Source: Mobula hypostoma (taxonomy: Eukaryota). Taken from it: a stretch of 64,000 nucleotides of DNA. The stretch lies in NCBI RefSeq assembly GCF_963921235.1, contig NC_086097.1:55058001-55122000 (forward strand), given 5' to 3'. Both the position numbers and the translations under genes were made by a program. Of this stretch, positions 52,441 to 64,000 are shown one piece after another. A model generated the notes under the pieces. The model had not been told where the DNA came from and searched no databases. It saw nothing but the letters and a program-made list of their open reading frames with translations. How positions within the stretch are numbered: the stretch's first letter is position 1; every line of letters starts with the position of its first letter.

Positions 52441-53577
52441 CATTTGTCAAAAGAATTTCAGGATGTACTGTATATTGTATATATTTCCTGGACATTAAAT
52501 GTACCCCTGAAACCTATCTATTGTTACTGACCTGTAGCCACAGTATCTATATGGCTGATTCTCTTGAGCTTAAGGTGAATCCAGGATTTAGATGGTTGGA
52601 AACTTGATAATGATAGTACTATTGAATGCTGAGAATATGTGGTTAGACTTTCTCTAGTTAGAGATGGTCATTACCTGGCACTTTTTTTTGACATTAACAA
52701 GGTTTGTCACTTATCAGTCTGTGATGAGAGGCTGTTTGATCAAGCTGGAGAATTTAGTTCAAATGGCTTTATGTCATGGACCCAACATTTTTCCTGGATA
52801 AGGAGAAAAATTACAGGAGGGGTTGAAAACCTTTGGTGTTTTCTCCCTCAGTTGTTAAAAATAAAAAAAAGTTAATTTTTATTCTCAAAGTATATATATG
52901 TCACCATTTACAACACTGAGATTCATTTTCCTATGGCATAGAATGGTAACTATAATGGGATCAATGAAAGATAAACCAGAGTGTTAAAGACAATAAACTA
53001 TTCAAATGCAAATATTAAATAGCAATAGATAATGAGAATATGAGATAATGAGATAAAGAGTCCTTAAGGTGTGATCATTGGTTGTGGGAACATCTCAATT
53101 GTTGGGCAAGTGAGTGTAGCTATCGCCTTTTATTCAATAGCCTGATGGTCGAGGAGTAGTAACTATTCTTGAGAGGAGGTGTGGAGCTCTTGTACCTTCT
53201 ATCTGATGGCAGCAGCAAGAAAAGAGCATGACCTGTGTGGTGGTGATCTCTGATGATGATGGATGCATTTTAGTCCATTCAAGACTGAAATCTATTGAAT
53301 TTTGAAAGACATGGACATTGAGGGTGGAGAGGGGGGGGAAGTGGACTTGAAGCATGGGATTAGTTAAATCATGTTGTACATAGATGTGTGCCTGAGAGAC
53401 TGTATAACCAATACAAACTTACACTAGTGAGGGCACAAATGATAATTTCTCTAGGTCGTTTTGAAATGTTGTAAAATTCACCGTCAATCTAACTGAGATG
53501 ATAGGGTCTCCATTTAATGTGTTATTGAAAGACAGCATCTCAAACTTTACAGCATTCCCTGAGTAGAGTACTGGAGT

Positions 53578-53853
53578 AACACACGCAAAGTACTCGAACT
53601 CAGCAGGCCAGGCAGCATCTATGGAAAAGAGTAAACGGTCAACGTTTCGGGCTGAAACCATTCTTCAGGACGAAGGGTCTTGGCCTGAAATGTCGACTAT
53701 TTACTCTTTTCCACAGGCCAAGGCCCTTCATTGGGGCTTGCCCCAAATATTGACTGTACTTTTTTCCATAGATGCTGCCTGGCCTGCTGAGTTCTTCCAG
53801 CATTTTGTGTGTGTTGCTTTGGATTTTCAGATCTGCAGATTTTCTCGTGTTTG
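53578..53853. mobile_element. Inverted cluster of Penelope pLTR fragments
   Basis: A minus copy followed by plus copies of CCATAGATGCTGCCTGGCCTGCTGAGTT, with decayed hammerhead motifs. Confidence 0.8.
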
Positions 53854-54274
53854 TGAGAGTACTGGTGTATTGGTCTAATAGGTTCTGAATTCAAGTTACA
53901 GGAGTGGGCCTGAACTTGGAGCCTACAAAATTCCTACCAATGAGCAACAATATTTTGTACAAGTTTTGTTCAGTTTTGAAAATCTGAAATCACTTAATTT
54001 TTTTAAAATGGCATGACTGAAAACCTCTAAATGTTACTAGTTATGTATATTAGTTTAGAAGCCACTGATCTTCTATTTGGTGAGGCATTAACAAGTTTTT
54101 TTTCAAAGTGTGTTTATATTTAAATGCTTTAAATATGTTTATGAGCACTTGCATTTAGTTGTATGATCATTTCATTGGATTTCCTGTTGTGCTTGGCAAA
54201 CGTTGTTTAACCTTTTTTTCATAAGTCAAGGAAAGAATACTAAAAGAATTTGAAACATCTTCCAAAAGACCAGT

Positions 54275-54480
54275 AACACACACAAAGTGCTGAAGGAACT
54301 CGGCAGGCCAGGCAGCATCTATGGAAAAAGGTACAGTTGATATTTGGGGTAAGCCCCGATGAAGGGCCTTGGCCTGAAACATTAACTGTTTTCCATAGAT
54401 ACTGCCTGGCCTGCTGAGTTCCTCTAGCATTTTGTGTTGTTGCTCGGATTTCCAGCATCTGCAGTTTTTCTCTTATTTGT
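54275..54480. mobile_element. Second inverted Penelope pLTR cluster
   Basis: Same motifs in minus then plus orientation. Confidence 0.8.
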
Positions 54481-54879
54481 GGTCCGAAAGACCAGCCTTT
54501 GTTACCTCATCTATGTTTTCTTTATGGCGGATATTGGTGTCAAAATGTCTATATTGTGTATGGGTGTATAGATGCAGACTTGACTGGGAATTGTGATAGA
54601 AATCGCTTTAATTTGAAACACAGCTGAATTATTTCCCTGAGTGTCTCTTGTCTGTCCAGTGTAGATTAAATACTCTGAGGAATTCCACTGACATGAGGAA
54701 ATTGTTTTTTTGTGATGAATTTGTAAATTAATATCTGCAAAAGCTAATCCAAGGATGAAAACTAGCAATTTCCAAATCATAATGTATTCAAGTTTATAAT
54801 TCTCATCAGCCTTTGTTTCAGAACTTTTTCTAATCTGTATCTTTACATAGTCATTGATTCAGATGTAATGGATTGCATT

Positions 54880-55010
54880 TCATAGATCCGTTGCTCACTG
54901 GGTTAAATTCAGACCTCCCAGTGTTGAGTTGAGTTTGCACATTCTCCTCGTAACCACATGGACTTCCTCCTACATCCCCAAAGGTGTAGGTTGGTAGGTT
55001 AATAGATCTC
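54880..55010 (+). mobile_element. Decayed V-SINE (HE1-like) fragment
   Basis: GAGTTTGCACATTCTCC...CCAAAG..GTAGGTTGGTAGGTTAAT resembles the V domain. Confidence 0.6.
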
Positions 55011-55828
55011 TCTTCTGTATATGATTCATTACTACAATAATTAAACATTGTTGCAGGCAAAATGTTAGGGAGTTGATGGGAACGTGTGCAGAATAGATTA
55101 TAGAGAAAATTATTGGGAAGTGGAACTCCTAATGTGGAATATGTGGAATTGTTTTGTGAGCTGGCATAATGGGCTGAAATGGCTTATTGTCACAAAGAAA
55201 TACAGTATGATTAAAATAGCACCAGACTAATTCCCTTTCCTGCAGCCAGCTACCATATCAAGCCCCTGTCCATGAGGCTATGACACATGCCTGAAGGTTT
55301 ACACAATCTTTATGTTTATAATCTAATACTACCACCTGCATTGTTGTCCAAGAGTAAATGTTTAGCCAGAGTAGAATGTTGCCTAGGAGCAATGATTTGA
55401 GGTCATTGGATTCCCTTTGATCATGTGGTGCTGAAATTGACAAAAGTTGCAGTACTGGAGGTAACAACAGCACCACATTTCTAATGAATCCTTTGGGTGT
55501 ATAATATTTGGAAGTTTTTAACGTAATTGCTCAAACTGTCATCTTTTGTTTACCCCAAATCTGAAGGGGGGAGAAAGGCAATGTAAGTGACTTGGTAATT
55601 GTTAGCCCTTTGCGGAAATAGACAAACTGGAACCTCATGAAGGCTTTCTCAAGTACTTCCATTGTGTTTTCTATTATCACAGGCTTCTATCATTCTACAA
55701 TGATCTTTGGTACAAATTGCTGGATAGAAATCCGGTGATTATTGAGTCTACACAAATTTACAACTAAACTAATGGATTGCATATAACAACCACCTAAGGG
55801 TAGTAAGTAGTAAATATACTGTGAACTA

Positions 55829-57404
55829 CAGTGCCTATAAAATGTATTCACCCTCTGAGGAAATTTTCATGTTTTATAACATTGAATCACACGGATTTAA
55901 TTTGGCTTTTTTTTAATACTGATCAACAGTAAAGACTCTTTCATGTCAAAGTGAAAACAAATTTCTACAAACTGGTCTAAATTTATTACAACTATTGAAA
56001 ACAAAATAATTGATTGCATAAATACTCACCCCCTTCGAGTCAGATGCACCTTTGGCAGCAATCACAGCCATGAGTCTTTGTGGATAGGTGTCTTATCAGC
56101 TTTGCACATCTGAACTCTGCAATTTTCCTCCATTCTTCTTTACAAAACTGCTCAAGCTCTGTCAGATTGCATGGGGATCGTGAGTGAACAGTCTTTTTCA
56201 AGTGCAGCCACAAATTCTTAATTGGATTGAGGTCTGGACTCTGACTTGGCCGCCCAGGACATTAACTTTGTTTTTAAGCCATTCCTGTGTAGCTTTGGTT
56301 TTATGCTTGGGGTCATTGACTTGCTGGAAAACAAATCTTCTCCCAAGTCACAGTTCTCTTACAGACTGCATCAGGATTTCCCTGTATTTTGCTGCATTCA
56401 TTTTACCCTCTAACTTCACAAGCCTTTCATGGCCTGCTGCAGTGAAGCATCCCCATGGTAGGGATAGTGTGTTTTTCTTGATGTGTGGTGTTTGGCTTAT
56501 GCCAAATAGCATTTAGTCTGATGGCCAAAAGGCTCAATTTTGGTTTCATCAGTCCTAGAAACTTCCAGCTGACTTCAGAGTCTTCCACGTATCTTCTGGC
56601 AAACTCTAGCTGAGATTTCATTTTAAGTTTTTTTCAATAATGGCTTTCTCTTTGCCACTCTCCCATAAAGCTGCAACTGGTGAAGCACCCAGACAAAAGT
56701 TGCTGTATATGCAGTCTCTTCCATCTCAGCCGCCGAAGCTTATAACCCCTCCAGAGTTGTCATAGGTCACTTGGTGGCCTCCCTCACTAGTCCCTTTCTT
56801 GCATGGTCACTCAGTTTTTGAGGACAGTTTGCTCTAGGCAGAATTACAGCTGTGCCATATTCTTTCCATTTCTTGATGATTGACTCAACTGTACATGAAG
56901 GAATATTCAGTGACTTGGAAATTTTCTTGTATTCATCTCCTGATTTGTGCTTTTCAATAACCTTTTTGCAGAGTTGCTTGGAGTGTTCGTTTGTCTTCGT
57001 GGTGTAGTTTTTGCCAGGATACTGACTCACCAACAGCTGGGCCTTGCAGATATAGGTGTATTTTTACTACAATCAATTGAAACACCTTGACTGCATACAG
57101 GTCTTCAAAAACAGATCTCCATTTAATTATGTGACTACTGAAACCAGTTGGCTGCACCAGCGATGATTTGGTGTGTCATATTAGGGGGGGGGGGTGAATA
57201 CTTGTGCATTCAATTATTTTGTGTTTTATATTTGTAATTAATGTAGGTCACTTTGTAGAGATCTGTTTTCATTTTGACATGAAAGAGTCTTTTCCTGTTG
57301 ACTTGTAACAAAAAAAGCCAAATTAAATCTACTGTGATTCATTGTTGTAAAATAATAAAACATAAAAACTTGTGGGAGGGGGTGAACACTTTTTATAAGC
57401 ATTG
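55829..57404 (-). mobile_element. Tc1-family (Passport-like) transposon, near full length, decayed
   Basis: TA|CAGTGCCTATAAAA left end and TTTTATAAGCATTG right end. Long (~210 bp) TIRs. Transposase N-terminus KTNEHSKQLCKKVIEKHKSG..YKKISKSLNIP..TVESIIKKWKEYG. Confidence 0.92.
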
Positions 57405-57659
57405 TGTATCTGAAAATAAAATTATGCTATCTGAAATGTCTTGCAAATGTAGTAAATTTATCTAGAATATTAGTTGAATGTTCTTGTTGATTTTTCTTTT
57501 AAATGATCCAAAACTCAACATGTAGATGTCATGGATTTTTTACTTTTCATGTTTACATTTCTTTGGCTAATTTGTTAATTGAATGTATGAATATTGTATC
57601 CATCCTGTTTAGCATATCGTGATTGTATGGCTTCCAATTCAAGATGTCATAGCCATCCT

Positions 57660-57903
57660 CTGTTGACAATGTTTGATTGCTGGGTGACCAGTTGTTTTTG
57701 GGTGAATGTGGATGATGGTCTTCATTGTTGCCAGAGTCCCCACATGCGCCTGATGTATCCTCTTTCATGTGGGTTGCTTTTGAAGTAGCATTCCACTAAT
57801 TCCATTTACGGTCTATTCTGGTAGCCAATTTCCCATCAGATGGTCCCGGTTCCCCAGCCCTTGGTTTGGATCTTGTTAATCCGCGCAACATCCTAGCTGG
57901 CAT
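57660..57903 (-). mobile_element. R4-clade (Rex6/Dong-like) LINE N-terminal fragment
   Basis: MPARMLRGLTRSKPRAGEPGPSDGKLATRIDRKW, then after a frameshift ELVECYFKSNPHERGYIRRMWGLW*..TQKQLVTQQSNI. Recognised from memory of fish R4-clade N-termini; not searched. Confidence 0.65.
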
Positions 57904-58702
57904 GACTCTTCTCGTTCTTGTCATTCTCATCTGGATGTCAAATAAATATAGTACTCGTGCATTAGCAAAGGCAAATAAAATTAAGGCAAGGACAAGCAAG
58001 GCAGCAATTGTTAGAGTGGGGAGACTTTGATTTATCAGGCTCGGGCAGGGTACGGATCTGGTAATTTTCTTCTACATTCTTCATTCTCTATCTGTTAGTA
58101 CTAAGTTGGAGCAGTGAACATGGCTCTAGAGGCTTTGTTGTGTTCATTGTGTGAGATGTGGAATGCTGGGAGTCCTCCAGCCTCCTGGATAGCCACATCT
58201 GCTCCAGGTGCACCGTGCTGCAACTCCTCAGAGAATGTGTTAAGAAACAGGATCTGCATCTCAATGACCTTCAGCTCATATGGGAGACTGAGGAGATGAT
58301 GAATAGGAGCTACAGGGAGGTAGTCACCCCAAAGTTGCAGGGGGCAGGTACCTGGGAGACTGTCAGGAGAAAGAAAGGAAATGGGCAGCCAGTGCAGAGT
58401 ACCCCTATAGCTATTCCCCTCAATAATAAGTGTGTACTGTTGAGGGGGACAACTTAATGGGAGAGCCTGGGTCTCTGGAACTGAGTCTTGCGGTATGGCT
58501 CAGAAAAGAAAGGTGGAGAAGAGGACTGCAGTTGTGATGGGGAATTCCATAGTTAGGGGAGTAAACATGAGATTCTGTAGATCATGATAGTGACACCTGG
58601 ATGCTTCCTGGGTACCAGCGTCAGTAATGACTTGGATCTTGTCAATGACATTCCAAAGGGGGAGGGTGAGCAGCTAGAGATCTTTTTACATTTTGGCACC
58701 AA

Positions 58703-58974
58703 TTCTTCTTCGGCTGTCCATCGATTTTGATGTTGACTGAGGCCTGGGCAAGGATGTATGGAAGACCGGCAGTTGTCCATGCTGCAAGTCTCCCCTCTCC
58801 ACGCCACCGATGTTGTCTAAGGGAAGGGCACTAGGACCCATACAGCTTGGCACCGGTGTCATCGCAGGGCAATGTGTGGTTAAGTGCCTTGCTCAAGGAC
58901 ACAACACGCTGCCTCAGCTGAGGCTTGAACTAGCGATCTTCAGATCACTAAACCACTTGGCCACGTGCCAACAC
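58703..58974 (-). mobile_element. tRNA-derived SINE with CORE-like centre and (GAA)n tail
   Basis: On the minus strand: A-box TGGCCAAGTGG, B-box AGTTCAAGCC, TGTGTCCTTGAGCAAGGCACTTAACC and tail GAAGAAGAA. Short (C)ACCAA duplication on both flanks. Confidence 0.8.
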
Positions 58975-59699
58975 ACCAAATGGCACGAATTACATGGGTG
59001 AGAAAAGTGAGATGATCCTGAAGAAAGAATTTAGGGAGCTAGGTAGAAAGGTGAAAAGCGGGACCTCCAGGGTAGTAATTTCTGGGTTACTGCTTGTCCC
59101 ACAGGTGTGTGGCACTAAGAATAGGATGATCTGGCAGATGAATGCATGACTGAGGAACTGGTGAGGGGGCCAGGGTTTCAGATTTCTGGATCAGTGGGAT
59201 CTCTTCTGGCTATGACCTGCACAAAAGGGACTGGGCGACCAATATCCTAGTGAGCGGGGTGGGGGTAGCAGACGAGACCAATATCCTCGTGCACAGGTTT
59301 GCTAGAGCTGTTGGGGAGGGTTTAAACTAATTTGACAGTAGAATGGGAACTGGAGTGATAGAACTGAGGATAGGGCTGTTGGTTTACAAGCAGAGACAAT
59401 GTGAAGTGAGACTATCAAGACAGACAGGTAAATAATAGGACAAAATTGTAGTCAGTGGGATGAATTGAAGTGCAAAAAGGGGACAAAATTGAAAAGGGTG
59501 TTGGATACAGCACTGAAGGTTTTAGATTTGAGTGAGTCAATATACACAGTAAAATAGATGATCTTTTAGCACAGTTAGAGATTGGCAAGCATGACGGTAT
59601 TGACAGGCTTCAATGAGTCATGGCTGAAAGACGATTATAGTTGGGAGCTTAACATCCAAGGATATACACTGTATTGAAAGGACAGGCAGGTAGCTAGAG

Positions 59700-60246
59700 G
59701 GCGACGCAGACCCGACGCAGCCTGGGAGACCGTTTCGCTGAACACCGCCGCTCTGTCCGCCAGAGAAAGCAGGATCTCCCAGTGGCCACACATTTTAATT
59801 CCACGTCCCATTCCCATTCCAATATGTCAATCCATGGCCTCCTCTACTGTCAAGATGAAGCCACACTCTGGTTGGAGGAACAATACCTCCTATTCCATCT
59901 GGGTAGCCTCCAACCTGATAGCATGAACATTGACTTCTCTAACTTCTGTTAATGCCCCTCCTCCCCTTCTTACCCCATCCCTTATTTATTTATTATTTTT
60001 TCCATTTTTTCCTTTTTTTCTCTCTCTGTCCCTCTCACAATAACTCCTTGCCCGCTCTCTATCTTCCTGTGGTGCTCCCCTCCCTCTTTCTTTCTCCCCA
60101 GGCCTCCCATCCCATGATCCTCTCCCTTCTCCACCTCTATCACTTTTGCCAATCAACTTTCCAGCTCTTAGCTTCATCCCTCCCCCTCCTGTCTTCTCCT
60201 ATCATTTCAGATCTCCCCCTCCCCCTCCCACTTTCAAATCTCTTAC
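59700..60246 (+). mobile_element. Penelope GIY-YIG C-terminus and 3'UTR nested in CR1
   Basis: TRRSLGDRFAEH, PVATHFNS, LEEQYLLFHLGSLQPDSMNIDFSNF. Appears to resume at ~60751 (CTTTCAGTTAGTCCTGATG). Confidence 0.85.
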
Positions 60247-60750
60247 TATCCGAAATCTCCGGAAAGGAAGGCCCTGAATCCTTGGCTTTGCCTGTTGCTT
60301 GGTGGCCGTGGCCGGGGTTGAAGCGCTCGGCAGAGATGGTGCTCGGTGCTTGGCGTCGGAGAGCTGGTTGGAGGCTCGAAGGTTTCGGACGGACTCCGAG
60401 TCGGACTGTGGTCGGGTGCTTCCAGGATGCTGCATCGGCAAGTTTGCGGCGCTAGAGGTTCATGGCAGGGAGAGTTTTTCTTCCTTCTACCATCTGCGTG
60501 AGATGATGGGCTATTGGGGCTTCGAGACCTTTTTTTTTTACCGTGCCCATGGTCTGCTCTTACCAAATTACGGTGTTGCTTTGCACTGTTGTAACTATAT
60601 GTTATAATTATGTGGTTTTTGTCAGTTTTAGTCTTGGTTTGTCTTGTTTCTGTGATGTAATACTGGAGGAACATTGTATCATTTTTTAATGCATGCATTT
60701 CTAAATGACAATAAACGAGGACTGAGTGTCCTCATAATCTAATCTAATCT
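60247..60750 (+). mobile_element. Young LINE 3'UTR fragment with (CTAAT)n tail nested in Penelope
   Basis: CpG-rich and little decayed. Ends AATAAA...CATAATCTAATCTAATCT. Confidence 0.7.
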
Positions 60751-63700
60751 CTTTCAGTTAGTCCTGATGTGGGCTACAAATTACAATGGGAGATAGAAAA
60801 GGCTTGTCAAAAAGGTAATGTTATGATATTTATAGGGGATTTCAATATGCAGGTAAATTGGGAAAATGAATTTGATGCTGGATCACAAGAAAGAGAATTC
60901 ATGGAATGCCTAAAAGAAGGATGTTTAGAGCAGCTGTGATTGAGGCCACTGGCGGATCAGCTATTCTGGATTGGGTGTTGTGTAATGAATGAGATTTGAT
61001 AGGAGACGGTGATCAATACGTGATTGAATTCACCATGCAATTTCAGATGGAGAAGCTAAAGTCAGCTATATCAGTATTATAGTGGCATGAAAGAAGAGCT
61101 GGCCAAAGTTGATTGGAAAGGGATACTAGCAGGGATGACAGCAGAGCAGCAATGGCTGAAGTTTCTGGGAGTATTTCGGAAGGAAGGTGCAGAATAGATA
61201 CATTCCGAAGAAGTATTCGAAAGGCAGCATGATAAACCTGTGGTGGACAAAGGAAGTCAAAGCCAAAATAAAAGCCAAAGACAGGGCATATAATAGAGCA
61301 AAAATCAGTGGGAAGTTAGAGGATTGGGAAAATTAAAAACAAATAGAAGACAGCCAAAGTGACCATAAGAGGGTGGAAATGATGAAATACGAATGTAGAT
61401 TAGCCAACAATATCAAATTTTTTCAGATATATAAAGAGTAAAAGAGAGGCATGAGTAGATTTTGGACCGCTGGAAATGATGGCGGAGAGGTAGTAATGGG
61501 GGACAAGGATATAGCAGATGAACTGAATAAATATTTTGCAATTGTCTTCACTGTGGAAGATACTAGCAATATGCTGGAAGTTCAAGAGTATCAGTGGGCA
61601 GAAGTGAGTGCAGTTGCAATTACTAGGGAGATGGTGCTTGGGAAAATGAAAGTAGATGAGTCAGATGGACTACATCACAAGGTTCTCAAAGAGGTGGGTG
61701 AAGAGATTATGTAGGTATTAGTAATAATCTTTCAAGCGTCACTGGATTATGGCATGGTCTGGAGGACTGGAAAATTGCAAATGTCACTCAGAAGGAGGGA
61801 GGAAGAAGAAAGGAAATTAGAGGCTAGTTAACCTGACCTCAGTGGTGGTGAAGATGTTGGAGTTAATTGTTAAGGAAATAGTTTCGGAGTACTTGGAGGC
61901 ACATCATAAAACATGCTGTAGTCAGCATGGTTTCCACAAGGCAAATCTTGCCTGACAAATCTGTTAGAATTCTTTGAGGCAATAATTGCAGCAATAATTA
62001 GAGTTTGTGTAACAATTAAAGTGGGACTTGTGTGATCTTAAAAGTTCTGTTAAATAAGGAGCTTTTCTCTATAATCATTTGCCATGTTTCAGTACGCTTG
62101 CTAAGAAATTCTCATTGGGAATTCAACATTTATTACTGCAGTCTGCTCATCAAAATACTTTATAAACATATTGAAATCATGCTATCAATATAAGTAGTCT
62201 TGTGCTAGATTTCCAGAATTAGTAGTGTATATTACAACAGACCTTGGTTTTAAGAAACAGTTGGAAAATGACAATTCACATTATTGCATTGGAGAGGAGG
62301 CTTGAGCTTGGCTTGATATTATTGTCCAAGGACATGGGACCTGAGGAACCATTATATTACATCATTTTCTCATAGCAGCCTTGTTGAGTGTTATTACCTA
62401 CTACTTGCCTGTTTTATATTGTTTGAGTGTTCTTCAAGTCGAATATGTATAAGAAATCTGTGACTCGTGTTCATAAGTGCATTTGCTCCACTAGTCTGGG
62501 TTAAGTTCTAACTTGAAAATCACAAGCTGAGAAGGTAGTATTAATTAACAAAGCCTTTTCTCTCCAACTCCACACTTTTATTGATGCCAGAATTGCCCAA
62601 GACAATAGGCAGAAGCTCAATGGGGCTTTTTAAGTAATAGCATTGGACACCAAATAAAGAAAGTGACTGCTCCTGTTGTGATATATATAATATATCCCAT
62701 AGCTTCACTGATTAAATACTAGGTCGATAGTGTCTAAATGAATTGGCAAAACAGTATTCCATGACATTTTCCTATTTAATTCACAGTGAAGAGGAATTTT
62801 AGTACAAACTTTGGTATTAACTTTTGCTTTGATTGGGATTATGATTTTACTGAATTTAATACCAATTACAAGGCTAGCAAATTTTCCAGGGCATCTTTGA
62901 AATAAAGAAATTAAGTTGTATTTTAATTTGAGTTAAAAAAAAAATGTCTGATATGCCTGCTGAATTTTAAATCGGCACATGAAATGTTGTCCACATACCA
63001 AAGCATGCTGAAACTAGTCAAATGGAATGCTACACGTACTTGTTGGTTTAGAAAAATAGTCCAACACCCAAATGAAAAATTAACTCAAGCAACATTCTTT
63101 TAACAGCATTATGTAATTAGAGTGGTGACTTAAATTATTTGGAAGTCTAAGTAAGAATATTGCTGTCTTTCATCTGTACTTTTAACAGTACCTTGTTAGA
63201 TATTTTGCTGTAAATGTTATTCCAATATATTTTAGATCAGTGTGAAGATTGTTTATTGAGAACTAATTGTAGCCCAGCAAAGGATAGAGTGCTTTAATTT
63301 GGTCAGAAACCAACCTTTGGTGGAATGTGTACTTTGAGAAATGTGTATCCCTGAATGAGTAAGATTCAACAAGGAAGACATGATGTTGTACACTTGCTCC
63401 TTTGTATAGCACTACTTGATATCCATCACTATGTATTCAAAATGCACTCTGCCAATTTGTGGAATTGAAGCCGTATCACATGGAGAAAAGAAAGGAACTT
63501 CTCTGATTTGGGGTCGTGCCAAGATTGTCCAGATGACACAACGTTGTCGATACTATTCAAGAAAGGTGATGAAACAAACAAATGAGAGAGGTTGGTTGTT
63601 TGGAGCCGATTTCAATTTTGAGTTCTGAGGACTGTAACATGCCTATACAGAAAATGAAATTCCTCTCTGTGGTTTCAAAGACAAATGTCAGAGTGGAACT

Positions 63701-64000
63701 CAGATGAAGAATCAAAATGATAGGTAATGTGATGAAATCTGTGTTTGCTTTCCCAAATCCAGAGGGGACAATATTGTCATCAATGAATGTAATGCACTTA
63801 ATTAGAAGTGCGTTGAATTACTGCTTAAGTTGGAATTTTTTGGGTGTCTGGATAATGGCGAGGGAAGAGGAAAAGGGGGTAAGTATTGTATTTTGAGTGA
63901 TTGGACAGGAAAGTAGTTGGTGGAGAGGAGAAGAATGAACCAGTAAGTTGCAAAGGGAATAGTATTTTGAAAGGGGAGAGGAAGATTAGTCTGGAATTTA

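Larger units (their letters stand above)
57990..61985 (+). mobile_element. CR1 LINE with ORF1 (Zn finger, esterase) and ORF2 (APE, part of RT), decayed, carrying nested insertions
   Basis: ORF1 remnants CSLCEMW, SYREVVTP and AVVMGNSIVRG. ORF2 remnants ESWL, GDFN and IADELNKYFAIVFTVED. Confidence 0.85.

Noticed and set aside
58900..58974. tRNA gene
   Set aside because: The A/B boxes belong to a SINE head with an internal deletion; no full cloverleaf can be formed.
60247..60560. CpG island or promoter
   Set aside because: It is the GC-rich part of a young LINE 3' fragment nested in Penelope.
63416..63780. Coding-looking stretch near the window end
   Set aside because: Stops occur in the frames examined and I recognise no motif, so it cannot be assigned without a search.
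40400..64000. Exons of a neighbouring gene such as KTN1
   Set aside because: No recognisable host coding sequence or CpG-island promoter. ORFs are short and TE-derived or low-complexity. Small or non-coding exons cannot be excluded.

Overview
Eukaryotic, AT-rich, repeat-dense vertebrate genomic DNA. The repeat set (Rex1/Babar, CR1, Penelope, V-SINE, Passport-like Tc1) suggests a cartilaginous fish; this is inference only. Two host genes lie on the minus strand. TBPL2 (TBP2/TRF3) is complete in 7 coding exons (ATG 39896 to stop 14192, 1002 nt, 333 aa). The first coding exon of ATG14 is at 8245-8444 with its CpG-rich promoter. This order matches the known vertebrate ATG14-TBPL2 synteny. Most of the rest is decayed transposable elements: an internally deleted BEL/Pao LTR element nested in a Rex1 LINE, two Passport-like Tc1 elements, two 80-bp hAT MITEs, Penelope fragments, a young Nimb/I-clade LINE 3' end, an R4/Rex6 5' fragment and CR1 LINEs. 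Most notable: (1) TBPL2 intron 4 needs a GC donor and has a competing consensus GT donor that would add a stop codon; (2) an intact minimal hammerhead ribozyme in a 132-bp TSD-flanked Penelope insertion; (3) three long inverted-repeat pairs, one inside TBPL2 intron 5; (4) two CLEAR-like E-boxes 50 bp apart upstream of ATG14; (5) a minisatellite built from a LINE 3' end. I cannot support a wholly new biological system from sequence alone. All alignments were by eye.
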